Positions 13,501 through 27,288 of a stretch of 64,000 nucleotides of DNA are shown one piece after another. Each line of letters starts with the position of its first letter. Positions within the stretch are counted from its first letter, which is position 1. A program made the translations under genes and the position numbers. Below the pieces are notes generated by a model. The model was given only the letters and a program-made list of their open reading frames with translations, did not search any database and was not told where the DNA came from. The DNA comes from the human T2T-CHM13v2.0 reference genome, Homo sapiens: assembly GCF_009914755.1 (NCBI RefSeq), contig NC_060933.1; one strand, written 5' to 3'.

Positions 13501-15474
13501 CCATGGTTGTTCTTGGCTAAAGTTGCATGAGGTAGAACTAGGTTCTAAGCAGTAGGTGATTAGTTAACTGCATAGTCAATCTGTTTGGTGACCAGATACT
13601 CTCTTGCAAAGACTGAGCAGTTGCCTGAGAGCAATCTGTCACCAAACAGATATTTCATCACAATAATGGGTGATGAAAATACAGTTCCTTTTATGGTAAA
13701 CAATCAAAACCTAGCATATATACTGTACTATGAAGGAGTATTTACATTTCAGATGAAGAAGTTTACTTAGAAAATGAACTGTAATTGGAGGGCTGGGTAT
13801 TTGTTTGTTTGTCTTAAACATCATAATAGAAATTCATAGAGATATCCCCCTACTACCATCAATCCACACAGGAGTATAATAAGTGATGTATCATAATCCT
13901 GGAAGAAATAAAAGTATTCCAAGGCACTGGACTGTGCTCTAGGATAAGAGAGTATATTTTGCCTAATTTAAAAAATACATTTAGTGCACTCTATTTACTC
14001 ATGTTAAAAACAACAAATATTGACTTTTGCTTCTAAGGTTAATTAACTGTATCTTACAAACGTATTCATCTTTCTATATAAATAATGTCCGAATATAGTG
14101 TCTGCATGTTTGGGTAATGTTAATAAAGCATTTTCTTTTTCTGGAGTCCTGAATAGAAATGTTTCTGTGGTTCTGCTTTTACAGAGGAAATTTATTGTAT
14201 TAGGCCACAGCTGTAAATTTTCTCGCTCCAATCCTATAAATTTCTTCTAAATGTTTAATGGTTTATAACTGTAATTATTCTTGTGTGCCAACATTAAACT
14301 TTAAAAAGTTTAATTTGGAGACTATTCGGAGAAACTCATCTTTTTTACAGCCTCATAAATAGTCCTTTGATGAAATGAGCAGAGGCTCTGTGTCTGCCCG
14401 AGGTGAATACAAATGACACCACATAGACTACTTATGGGGAGGAAGTAAATGCATTCATGTCTAAAGTGATCAGCCAGTGTCCAACAGCAATGGCTAGTGA
14501 TATGTTCAAAGATGAGAAATAGCATGATTCACAAGCCTTATGTTTTTTTCCTTCTCTTCCTCATTCTCTGCTTCCTTTACCTCCTCTTCTTATTATTCTA
14601 AAGGTTCTCATTATTTTCAATGAGTTCTAACAAATAGAGGATGGTGTAGAGGCAGCAAATATTGGACATACAAATTCCTAATCCAGAATATATAGTTCAT
14701 GGTTTATATTTAATACATTTCAGTGCCACTTTTGAATACTATGTAATGGAGAGTGCATAGCTGAATTATATATTACTAAAAATATATGTTCTTTGCAAAG
14801 TTTAATTGCTATATCACACCATTTCAGGGACTAGAGTGAATGAGAACTTCTTTAGTTTAAAAGCAGCTATCAACATTGAGATAAGTAATAGAAACTTTCA
14901 AGTGAACCATATTACATAGAGTGCTTCCACATATGAACTTATAGATAATATTTACTATATATTCAATTAAGATAAAATAACTAATACATTTTTTGCAATT
15001 TAATTCAATTGCAACAAATTCAAAATTTCTTACCTACAGGTACATAGAAAGACAAAAGATTGTCCTAAGAAAAATCAAAATTTAGTTTCCATTTTTAAAT
15101 TAGTATGTTATTACATTTAAACCTATATGTTACCACAAAACAATGCATTTTTGTTTTGAATAACTCTTTTAACAGAAAATATTTCTAATCAATTTTGAAA
15201 TATATTAATATCTTGACTTAATCCAAAGCAGATTTCAGATGACAAAAAATGAAATATCTACCTTAAATAATTGTTACTTCTATATATTAAATGTACATGC
15301 ATACATTCATTTGTAGCATATAAATTTTTTTACATTTAAAACTAATATACAACTAAATGAAAACAAATTTTAATCGATAAATAGATGTAAGAGGCTTAAG
15401 CATGACTAAATCACCTATTTTCTTGTCCAGAGTAATCTGTTTATTCTGTAATTCAAACATGATGTAAATTGCTT

Positions 15475-15592
15475 AGCCCACTGAGACCTGTGTCAGACGG
15501 CTGACTTAAAAAAAACAAAAATAATTAATTTATGTTATTTTATGTCACCAATTTGTGGCAATTTATTATAGGAACAAGGGAAAAATAAAACA
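15475..15592 (+). mobile_element. MLT1 (MaLR) LTR 3' fragment
   Basis: gagacctgtgtcagac...tttgtggcaatttattatagga...aaataaaaca resembles the MLT1 terminus. Confidence 0.55.
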
Positions 15593-15624
15593 ATAAAAAT
15601 TCAGCATGAGTGCTATAATATATT

Positions 15625-15837
15625 TTAGGGTAAAATGTATGACAACTATAGCACAAAGGTTGAAGGGGCAGAAATAAAGGCATAGTATTGCAAATTTCTT
15701 ATAATATACATGGAGCAGAATAAAATCACTTATTGGTAGATTATGATGAATTCAATGGTATATTATAAATCCTACAGAAACCACTAAATAACAAAATAGA
15801 GTTATAAAAATAAACCAACAAAGGAGATGAAGTAAAA

Positions 15838-15838
<1 letters not shown>
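15625..15838 (+). mobile_element. Old L1M inter-ORF fragment
   Basis: gtaaaatgtatgacaactatagcacaaagg...aaatcctacagaaaccactaaa. Confidence 0.55.

Positions 15839-15884
<46 letters not shown>
15839..15884. repeat. (CA)23 microsatellite
   Basis: Direct count. Confidence 0.97.
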
Positions 15885-15888
<4 letters not shown>

Positions 15889-18800
15889 ATGATAGGTAAG
15901 TGTAGGAGTTATATTAGCAGGGTGGTGGAATAGGAGGTTCTATATTTCATCCCCCTAGAAAAACACCAATTTAAGCATCATATATGGTCTTTGCAAGGAC
16001 CCCAGAATCTAGCAAAGAACTTGCAGCACCCTAGAAGAGCACAGGACTAATAATGGCCTCATTTAATTGGGTATGAAGAATGGCTTCACTATGATATTTT
16101 TTTTTCATCTTCCCCTCCCTGAAGTTGGCACACCTCAGAACCAAGAGAGAGATCCTCTTAGCCTATTATTTCTACCACAAGGGAAAAAAAAAGGAGATGG
16201 ATGTTCCCAATGTCCACCACCTTTCAGAGCACTCCCTGAGATACCTGCTCCTGTCTCACCTCACCCAAAGTACTGAGGGATACAGCATAGTTGGAAGACT
16301 TAGAGACAACTAGGAACAGAGAGGAGGAGCAGATAGCTCTCAGCAGTCAATGTAGCCCCAGGAAGCCATGGATTCCAAGCACACAGCTCAGATTGAAGCT
16401 GTCAGCATAGATCATAGCAGCCAGTGCAGATTGCTGCAGCTGTGAGGCCTCCAGCACATTGTGCAGCTCCCAGTTAGCACCATAGCTCTCAGTAACTGGT
16501 ACAGACCTAACAGCTGTCAGAGCTCAACAGTTGGTGCAGATAGCTGCCACTCACCTGGATTATGGCAGCCGGTGAGAATCTCAGTAGATAATGAGGATCA
16601 CTGCAGATGGCATGATATTTAGCAGACTACGGATCTCAGCAGTCATCCAGGATCTCAACAGTGGCTGTGACTCTCAGTAACTGGCTAGGCTCTGCGGAAT
16701 TCAGAGAAGGCACACAATTCTGGCACTTCTCCCTCAGGAGAAAGGGAAGGAGAGAAGAAGAGTTTCACCTGATGTTCTGGCCTCTCAGTTCACAATCCTA
16801 GGAGAAAAGAGAGAGTGACTCTCAGTACCTGGTGTGGATCAACGGGATTGGGAAAAGATGCACTATTCTGATTTTTCAGTTTTCAGGAAGGAGGGAAAAA
16901 AGTGAAACTTGTGCCAGCATCTCAGCTTTTTAGTATACTATCCTAGGGAAAAGGAGTGGATGACTTTTAGCACCCAGCTCAGTTTTGCAGATCTGGAAGA
17001 AGGCTCATGATTCTGAGACTTCTCCCAAAAGAGAGGGAGAGTACAGAAACATGCACATTCATAAAACAGATTTGAGAGACTTCAAGAATCTCTAGCTGGG
17101 TTGAGTGAAGGGAAAAACTCAGCTAGAAATTCTTGAAGTCTGAAATCTGTTTTATGGATGTGCATAACTGCTGAAGCCAGTCATAAAGACTAGAAGAGGT
17201 CATTGTTCCTGTAAATACACAGATTTACAAAACAATGCAAAGCTACAAGGAACACGAAGAATCAGGAAAACATGACACTGTAAAAGGAACAAAATAAACC
17301 TTCAGTAACAGACTACAAATAACTGGAGAACAGTGAATTGCCTTCACAGAATTCAAAATAATAATCTCAAAGAAGTTCAATGATATACAAGAGGATAGAT
17401 GTATAAACAAAATGAGAAAAATGATACATGAGCAAAATCAGAATATTAACCAAAAAATAGCAACCACAGAAAGAAACCAAAAAGAATTCTGAAGCTGAAG
17501 AATATAATAATTGAATAGAACAATGCAATAGAAAGCTTCAGCAGGAGACTTAACCAACTAGTAAAATGAATCAGTGAATTTAAAGACAGGTCATAGGTAT
17601 TATCCAGTCAGAGAAATGAAAAAGAATAATAAAAAATGAAGGAAAAATAAGGAACATAAGGGATATCATAAAGTTAACCAACACAAATATTATGGGGGAC
17701 TCTGAAGAGAAAACAGAGAGAGAAAGAAAGCATATTTTAAAACAGGTAAAAATCATGTATTTCCTATATCTGGAAAGAAAATTTGGACATCCAGATTTTT
17801 GAAGCCCAGAAGACTCCAACTGGGAAAAACTCAAAGAAGTCTACACCAAGACATATTATTATCAAATTGGCAAAATTTGGAGACAAACAAATAATTTTGA
17901 AAGCAGCAAAGAAAAACTAAACCACCATGTAAAATAAATCCCCTCTAAAACTATCAGCAGATTTCTCAGCAGAAATCTTTCACAGCAGAAGGGAGAGGGA
18001 AATAAAAAGTAATGGCTAACCAGTGATTGTATACCCAACAAAAATGTCTATTAAAAAGGAAGGAGAAATAAAGTCATTTCCAGACAAAAGCTGAAGGAAC
18101 TTGTTACCAGCACACACTCCTTACAAAAATGCAAAGGAAGTTCTTGAAGATGAAATAAAAGAAATATAGACAACAACACAAAAGCATATGAAAATATGAC
18201 TCACTTTATAAAGCTAACTATAAAGACAATATAGTATACTGTTTTGCTATAATGATAATATGGAAGTCATTCATAATTTTTATATAAAATTAAGTCAAAA
18301 GCATTAAGAATAAATATAAGTATAAATATGTTATTGAATCCATAATCTTAAACAATATAAACTGTGTTATCCATAAAACATGAAGCGCAGGTTGGGGAGT
18401 AAAAGTATAGATGTGAATGAAGGAAATATATTACCAATTTAAATTGGCCTATTATATGTATAAGATATTTTATGTAAGCCTCGTGGCAACCATAAAAATT
18501 AATATATATGGAAGAAACACAAAAGAGAAAGGAGTGAAAAAAATCACTAAAAAAATCAAGAAAACACAAAAGACAATAAGATGAGAAAAAAGAAAAGAAA
18601 GAACTATAAGAAAGACAGTAAACAATCAACAAAATGTCAATAAGAAGTCCTTATTTCCCAATAATTAAGTGGATTAAAATCCTCACTTAAAATACATAGT
18701 CACTAAGTTGATTAAGAAAAAAATAAAAAACACCCAACTAGATACTACCAAAAGAGACTCACTTTATATTTAAGGTTTAAGGACACATAGAGTGGAATTG

Positions 18801-20327
18801 TAGGGATGGAAAAAGATATTTATCGAAAATAGTATAAAAAAGAGAGCAGGGGTAACTATACTTAGACAGAATGGTATTTCAGTTACAATTGATTCCCAGA
18901 GACAAAAAAAGGATACTATATTAAGATAAAAGGAGAAATTTTCAGGAAGATGTAACTAATACAGCAAATATTAACATATAAATAAAGGGACAAAGGGACA
19001 GCAATTCAATAATAGTAGGAAACTTCAATGACCCACTTTCAACAACAAATAGGACCCCCAAACAGAACATTAATAAGGCAACAACAGTTTTGAAAAACAC
19101 TGTAGATAAAATAAACCTAACAGACATATCCAGAACATCCCATCTAATGGCTTCAGGATTAACATTCTTCTCAAGTGCACATGGAACATTCTCCATGATA
19201 GAGCATATTTTGGGCTTAAAATGAGTCCTAACAAAATTAAGAAGAATAAAAGCATATCAAGTATCTTTCCTGACTACAAATGTAAGAAACTAGAAATTAA
19301 TAACGTAAGGAAAATTGGAAAACCAAAAAAAAGTAGATATTTAATAAAACACTTCTGAACAACTAATGGGTCAAAAAAGAAATAAGAAAATATCTTATGA
19401 AAACTAAAAATTAAAACACAACACAGAAAAACTCACGGAATACACCAAAAGAAGTACACAGATGTGTATAGTGATAAACACCTAAATTAAACAAGAAGAA
19501 AGATCTCAAATAAACAACCTAACTTTAGACCTCAAAGAACTCAAGAAAAAGAAAAAGAAGTAAAAGTTTCAAAAGGATAAAGTAATAAATGAAAGAGAAA
19601 CTAGAAAAACAACAGAATAAGAGTTGGCTTATTGAAAAGACAAAATAGATCAACCCTTAGCTAGACTAAGAAGGAAAAGAGACAACATAAAACTTTAAAA
19701 ATTAAAAATGAAGGAGGCGACATTACAACTGAATGCCACAGATATAAAAAGGATCAAAAGATACTGGTATAAATAATTATATGCCAACAAATTGGATAAC
19801 TCACAAGACATAGGCAAAAGTATACACCTATGGTGACTGAATCAGTAAAAAGTACAAAGTATAAACAAATTAATATTGAGTAAGAAGATTGGATCAATAA
19901 TCAAAAAACTTCTGACAAAAGTTCAGGACTAGATGGCTTTACAGGTGAATTCTACCATTTAACAATGATAAAAACCAATTCTTCTCAAACTCTTATGACA
20001 TCACTGAAGGGGAGGAAACACGACCAAACTCATTTTATGAAGCCAGCATTACCCTGATACCAGAGCAAGAGAAAGATACCACAAGAAAATAAAAATACAG
20101 GTGAACATCCCTGATAAATACAGATGCAAAACTCCTCAACAAAGTACTAGCAAACTGAATTCAACAGCACATTAAAAGGATCATATACCATGAGCAAGTA
20201 AGATTTATCTGGGGGCCTCAGCACTAGTTCAATACACAAAAATCAATTCATATAATTTACTATGTTAACATAATAAAGGATAAAAAAAATCACATAATCA
20301 TCTCAATAGATGCAGAGAAAGCATGTA

Positions 20328-21063
20328 AATAGTCCTAATCTCTAAAATCCATAAGGAACTTAAATCAACAAGCCAAACACAAATAATTCCATTAAAAAGT
20401 GAGTGAAGAACATAGATACTTCTCAAAAGAAGGTATAAAAAGAGCCAACAAACATATAAAAAAAAGTTCAATATAATTCATTATCAGAGAAATGCAAGCC
20501 AAAACTATAATGAGATACAATTTCACACCAGTCAGAATGGCCTTTGTTTAAAAGTCTAAAAACAGCAGATGCTGGTGAGGCTGTGGAGAAAAGGGGATGC
20601 TTATATATTACTGGTGAGAATATATATGAGTCCAGCCACTGTGGAGAGCAGTTTGAAGATTTCTCAAGGAACTAAGAGTTGAACTACCACTTGATCCAGC
20701 AATTCCATTACTGGATATATACCCAAAGGAAAATATGTCATTCCATTAAAAAGACACATATATCTACATGCTCAACACAGCACTAGTCACAATAGTCACT
20801 AGTGCCCATCAACACTGGATTGGATAAAGAATGTGTGGAATACAACACCTCCATAAAAATGAATGAAATAACGTCATTTGCAGCAACATGGATGCAGCTG
20901 GAGGTGCTTACCCTATGTGAACAGACACAGAAACAGAAAATCAAATACTGAACATTCCTGGAAGATGGATTCATTCACACTTCAAACCTCAGCATCATAC
21001 AATATACCTTTGTAACAAACCTGAACATGTACCCCATGAACCAGTAATAAAAGTTGAAAAAAA
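20328..21063 (+). mobile_element. L1PA15-17/L1PB4-like 3' fragment nested in the L1MB
   Basis: cacaccagtcagaatggc, cagccactgtggagagcagtttg, caaacctcagcatca...tgtacccc...aataaaagttgaaa. Confidence 0.8.
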
Positions 21064-21812
21064 GCAAATAAAATATATTCAGTTTGCTTGTATAACAAAG
21101 AAGAAATAGAAAGTTTGAACAGTCCTGTAACTGTTAAATAAATAAAAATCCTTCCACAAGGAAAAAAAATAAGAAAAGCACTTAATAAACTCTAACACCC
21201 TTTTATGCCTTTCATAATGAAAAATTTCAACAAAATAGGAATAGAGAAAAATTACCATAATATAATAAAGGCCATATATGAAAAGCCTACAGCTAATATT
21301 ATACTCAACAGTGAAAAACTGAAAGCTTTTCCAGTGAGGTCAAGACAAAGAAAGGATGTCTATTCTTGAAACTTCTATTCAACATAGTATTGGAAGTCCT
21401 AGCCAGAGAAATCACACCAGAAAAAAAATAATAAAAGTTATCCAAGTTTGAAAGAAGAAATTAAGTTGTTTCTGTTTGCAGATGACATGATTTTATATAA
21501 AGAAAACCGTAATGATGCCACAAACAAGCAACAAAAAAACCTTGCTAGAACTAATAAAGAAATTAAGTAAATTTGCATAAAATTAACAAAAATCAGTTGG
21601 TTTTCTACACAATAATAACAAACGGTTTGAAAAAGAAATTAGAAAAATGGTTCCATTTATAAGAGCATAAAAAATTAAATACTTAGGCATAAACTTAAGT
21701 AAGGAGGGGAAAATCTTATACATTGAAAACTAAAAAAAAATTGATGAAAATAGAGAAGATACAAACAAATGGAAAGACAGTCCATGATCTTGGATTAAAA
21801 GGCAATATTTTT

Positions 21813-22121
21813 GGACTGGTGCAGTGGCTTATGCCAGTGATCTGAGTATTTTGGGAAGGGTAAGGCAGGCAGATCACTTGAGCCCTGGAGTTTGAGACTA
21901 GCCTGGGCAACATGGTGAAAACCCGTCTCTACAAGAGATGCAAAAATTAGTCTGGTATGGTGGCATGTGCCTATAGTGCCAGCTGCTGGGGAGGCTGACG
22001 CCAGAGAATCACTTGATCCTGGGAAGGGGAGGTTGCAGTGAGCCAAGCCAAGATTGTGCACTGCACTCTTGCCTGCGTGACAGATCAAGACTATGTCTTG
22101 AAAAAAAAAAGAAAAAAAAAA
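21813..22121 (+). mobile_element. AluJ
   Basis: gatcacttgagccc/gcctgggcaaca diagnostics, high divergence, TSD aaaaggcaatattttt / aaaagacaatattctt. Confidence 0.9.
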
Positions 22122-25092
22122 GACAATATTCTTAAAGTGCCCACACTACCTGAAGTGAACTACAGATTCAATGCAATCCTTAAATTCCAATAGCATTATT
22201 TTTTACAGAAACAGAGAGAATCTCTAAAATTGTTATGGACAACAAAACTTATCAAATAGCCAAAATAATCTTGGAAAAAGAACAAAGAACTATAGCATCA
22301 CACTTTTTGACCTTAAATATATTATAAAATTATATTAGTTAAAATAGTGAAGTATTAGCATAAAGATAGACATATAGACTAACTGAACAGAATGTAAATC
22401 ACAGAAATAAACCTATGCACATACTGTCATCTGATCTTTGACAAAGGTGCCAAGAATGGGGATTGAGTAGTCTTTCCAATAAGTGTATTTGGAAAACTGG
22501 CTATCCACATGCAAAAGAATGAAACTAAAACCTTATCTTATACCATACAGAAATCAACATAAAATGGATTAAATACTTAAATATAACATATGAAATGGTA
22601 AATAAAATAAAACATAGGGGAAAGCCTCAAGGCATTGGTCCTGGCAATGATTTCATGAATGTGAAAACAAGAGCCAGGAAAAAAAAAAAAAAACTGTGAC
22701 TACATCAAACCAAAAGGCTTCTGCCCGACAAAGAAAACAAATGAAAAGAGAATCTATAAAATGGTTCAATATTGTTATTTTATGTGACTATTTGAATTTT
22801 TTATTTGTGTTTACAATTTAAAGATTTGATAGAAGCAACCCAAGTTTTTGTTTATTTATTTACCTGTCGATGAATGGATAAAGAAAACGTGGTATATACA
22901 TAAAATAAGGTATTAATTGACTTTATAAAGGAAGAAAATTTGGACTCATACCACAATATGAATAAACTTTGTGGACATTATGCTAAATGAAATAAGTCAC
23001 AACTAAATGACATTTACTGTAGGATTCACTTGATATGAGGTATCTTGTGTAATCAAACTCATAGAAATAGAAAGCATAATGGTAGTTGCCAGGGGCTGGG
23101 AGGAAGGAGAAAAGCGGAGCTATCACTTAATATGTAGAGTTTCAGTTTTGCAAGATGAAAAGTTCTGAAGATTGGTTGCACAACCATGTGAACATGCTTA
23201 ACACTACTCAATTGTACATTTAGAAATAAGATGGTAAATTTTATGTTATATGTTTTTTACCACAATAAAAAAAGGTAAAGCAGTGAGAGTATGAACAGCA
23301 GTGAAGTGTAATATTTTTGTTCGTTAAGTGCAAATTTGAGTTTATAACATGTAATATGTTACTAAATTTGAATCATATGGTTTTATACATGTGCTTGATA
23401 GTCTTTTTATTTCTTATATTAACTGTGTATTCTTGTGCTTTATTCATTTCTTGCCTAACATTCTAATGTTTTTAGTCAATTTGTGTAAGCTTTTTAAATA
23501 TCAAGTCATATTTGTTGCTACAAAAATAAAAGAAAAATTAAGAATTAACTATGTCCAATTCTGAGTGGTTGAGACAATTTATAAAATAATTTTTATAAGT
23601 TATCGGATGATCATGAAAACCAGATTTATTGAAACAGATTCAGGAAATAATGACATGGCAGCAACCATAAGTCACAAGAATAAATAAGAATTTCTGAGGC
23701 ATTTATAGGTGAAATTATGTCCAGGATTTGCATTAAGTTACCCTGCAACAAGTATGTGGGAGTGTAAATGAATCAGGCTGAATATTGATCACTATTTAAA
23801 CTGCATGATGGGCACATGGCTTAATTATGGTAGACTACATGTTTGAGAAAAGTCCATAATACATGATTTAATTTCATAAAATTGCATTATGTATAAGGGA
23901 TAATTAGAGTAATAATTTTGAAGATAAAGATGCCAATAATCACATTAAATGTAAGTACTCTAAATGCTTCATTTAAATGTGAGAGACCATGATATTGATT
24001 AAAACACCAAGGTCTACTTATATGCTGCCTATAAAGATGCACTCTAATTATGAACACAGAAATAATATGTTTGAAAAAAGATATGACATGCTAACACCAA
24101 TCATAAAAGGGCTGGTGTAACATATTAACATCAGACAAAATAGATTACAAAGAAAAAAAGATTACCAGAGATAAACAGGTTATTTTGAAGAGTAAGAGAT
24201 CAATCACTCTTCAAATTTCAATAGTCCTAAAGATTTATACAAATAATCACAGAACTGCGAAATACCCAAAGTGAAAACTGATTGAACTGAAAGGAGAAAA
24301 AGCAAATCTACAATTACAAGCAAAGATCTTAACACCCTTTTCTCAATAATAGAAAGAACAGGTAGATAGAAGATCATTGGTAATATAGATGATCTGACAA
24401 ATTTTACAAACAAAATTTACCAATTTGATATTTATAGATTACACACCATCAACAGCAGAACACCATTCTTTTTAAGGAAACATGAGACATTTGCCAAGAT
24501 AGATGATATTCTGGAACAGAAGACAAATCTAAATTGTTTTAAGGATTCAAGGCATACAAGATACATTCTCTGGACTTTTCAATCAATTAAACTAAAAGAG
24601 AAATCAATAAAAAAAAACCTCTGGAAAATCCCAAGACATATGAAGGAATAAAAGTGAAAATTAGTTGTAATTTTGAGCTGAAGCAAAATGAAACTGCAAC
24701 ATATTGGAATTCGTGTGGAGCTGTTAAAATAGCACATTTATAACATTTACAAAGGACATTTATGACAAAAAGGCTATACCAGAGAGAAAAAAAGATCTAA
24801 AGTCAATGGCCACAGTTTTCATCTTAACACACTGTAAAGAAAAGTGAGAATTAAATGCAAATAAATTTAAAAAGTTCTGAATGAAAACATGAAATCAGTG
24901 AAATAGGAGATGGGAAAAAAACAAATTTCCAAAATCATGAATAAAAGAGATTACATCACTACATATTCTACTGGAAATAAAAGTGTAATGTAATAAATGT
25001 TATATACAACTTTATGCCAATATTTCTGAAGACTTAGTTAAAATGTAGAAGTTTTTGAGAGACAAACTCATAGCACAATAAAAAACAGATAA

Positions 25093-25121
25093 CATATATA
25101 TATATACACATATATATATAT

Positions 25122-25185
<64 letters not shown>
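25093..25185. repeat. (TA)n/(CA)n compound microsatellite with pure (TA)24
   Basis: Direct count 25137-25184. Confidence 0.97.
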
Positions 25186-25190
<5 letters not shown>

Positions 25191-25485
25191 TGAATTTGTA
25201 AGTCAAACTCTTTCAACAAAAACAAACCTCCAGATGCTAATGACTTCACTGGTTAATTCTACTAAACATTTAAAAAACACGAAATGGCAATTCTAAAAAA
25301 TTTGACTAGAAACTTGAAGAGAAGGAAAATCCTAATTTATTCTGTGAAGGCAGTATTATCCTGATATTACAACCAGAAAAATACTATAAAGGAAGAAGAC
25401 AACTATGGACCAACATTTCTCACTAACATAGATTAAAAAAAAACTCTAAATAAAAATCTAGCAAAGAAATCTAACACTATACTAA

Positions 25486-25890
<405 letters not shown>

Positions 25891-26709
25891 ACAATATTTT
25901 TTTCTTTTAAGTAAAACTGTGACATGTGACTAAGGCATAGAGGAAGCATTTGGCAAAACTCAACATTTATCATGATGAAAATCTCTCATGAAAGAATAGA
26001 AAAGAAGTCTTCAACTTGATACAGGACATACACAAAAACCTGCAGCTTGTGCCATACTTAATGGTAAAAGAATGAATGTTTTATAAGTTTGGTATCAAAG
26101 TAAAAATATCTGCTTTCACTACTCTATTCATCATTGTACTAGAAATTTTAGCTAGTGCCACAAGGAGAGAAAAAAGAAAGTCATACAGACTGGAAAGAAA
26201 AAAAAACAATACTCCCTAAAATCAGATGAAATGATTATGTAGCATATTACACAATCCCAGGAAATCTACAAAAAAAATTATAGAACTAGTGAGTTTATCA
26301 AGAGCACTGAATACAAAGTAAATACACACATACACACAAAAGAATATTTATGTGTACTAGGAATGAACAATTGGAAATAAGCAGTTTTTAAAACTATTCA
26401 TAATAGGTCCTTTAATCAATGGAATTATCACATTGTCTGAATTCTCTCTGGCATTATCTCTGTGTTTTTCTATTGGCTAAGATTTTTCTGGAGTACCTGA
26501 TAGAAAGAGGGGGGTTATTTAATCTCTGGATAGAAAAAAAAAGCAAAACATTTATTTATTGGAATTTAGTAAGTATCTTTCCTGGTACTCTTTGCAGGGG
26601 TTTTAGTATGTATACATTTAAATCCATCTGAATCCAATCAATGGGTAAATATCACACAGCAGATTAAACAGGGAAAGTGAGATATGAAGATTATGCAACT
26701 CTGCTAAAG

Positions 26710-27288
26710 GAGTGACTATAAGTATAAGGAAACTCTGTATGGTGCTCGAAGAATGAGAGATAGTACTGAAGGAAGGACAAACTTGGAAAGAGTCCAGATT
26801 TTGTTGGAGATTTAGTTCAGCCGACTGATAGCAGAGGAGTTTACTGGTTTGCCTAATCCAGAACTGGTCTGCCTAATTCAGAACTGGTCTGCAGTCAGTG
26901 GGCAAATAAGCAGTGTCAGTGTGCAGAGGGAGACGCAGCTTGCTGAGAACTCTATAAAACTGCTGCACAGGGCCTGCAGAAGGAATCCCGATGCAGGTGA
27001 AGGTGGGAAGTCTTTTAGCCTTACTTGCATGAACCGGGCCACTGGAAGCTTATTGCCAGGCAGGACCTTGTCTGCAACATTGATGTTCTCAGTTCTACAC
27101 CACTGGTAACCCACTGGGCAGCAGCAGGAAACAGCAAGAGAGCCTCTTTCTCCCCCAAGTTCCCTCTAGCCCTCTCTACTGAGAAGTATCACATGGTGCT
27201 CACCATAAAGGAGGATGCTTTAAAGGGATTCTGTCCATTATGGCAGGGCATTAATTGAAGGAAAAATTTGAATTGATAACTGGCATAC
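26710..27288. mobile_element. Old ERVL-type LTR (LTR33/LTR41-like)
   Basis: GC-richer block ending aattgataactggcat; family tentative; 20-bp tandem duplication 26843-26892. Confidence 0.4.

Larger units (their letters stand above)
15915..23272 (+). mobile_element. Near full-length degenerate L1MB-type element (5'UTR, ORF1, ORF2, 3'UTR) with nested insertions
   Basis: GC-richer 5'UTR ~15915-17200, ORF1 motifs (aagacatattattatcaaattg), EN/RT motifs, L1MB2/3-like 3' end gagtttcagttttgcaagatgaaaagttctg...tttaccacaataaaa. Confidence 0.8.

Noticed and set aside
16330-16690. Regularly spaced short repeats, superficially CRISPR-like
   Set aside because: Degenerate units with no constant repeat/unique spacer pattern, inside a mammalian L1 5'UTR; no cas genes
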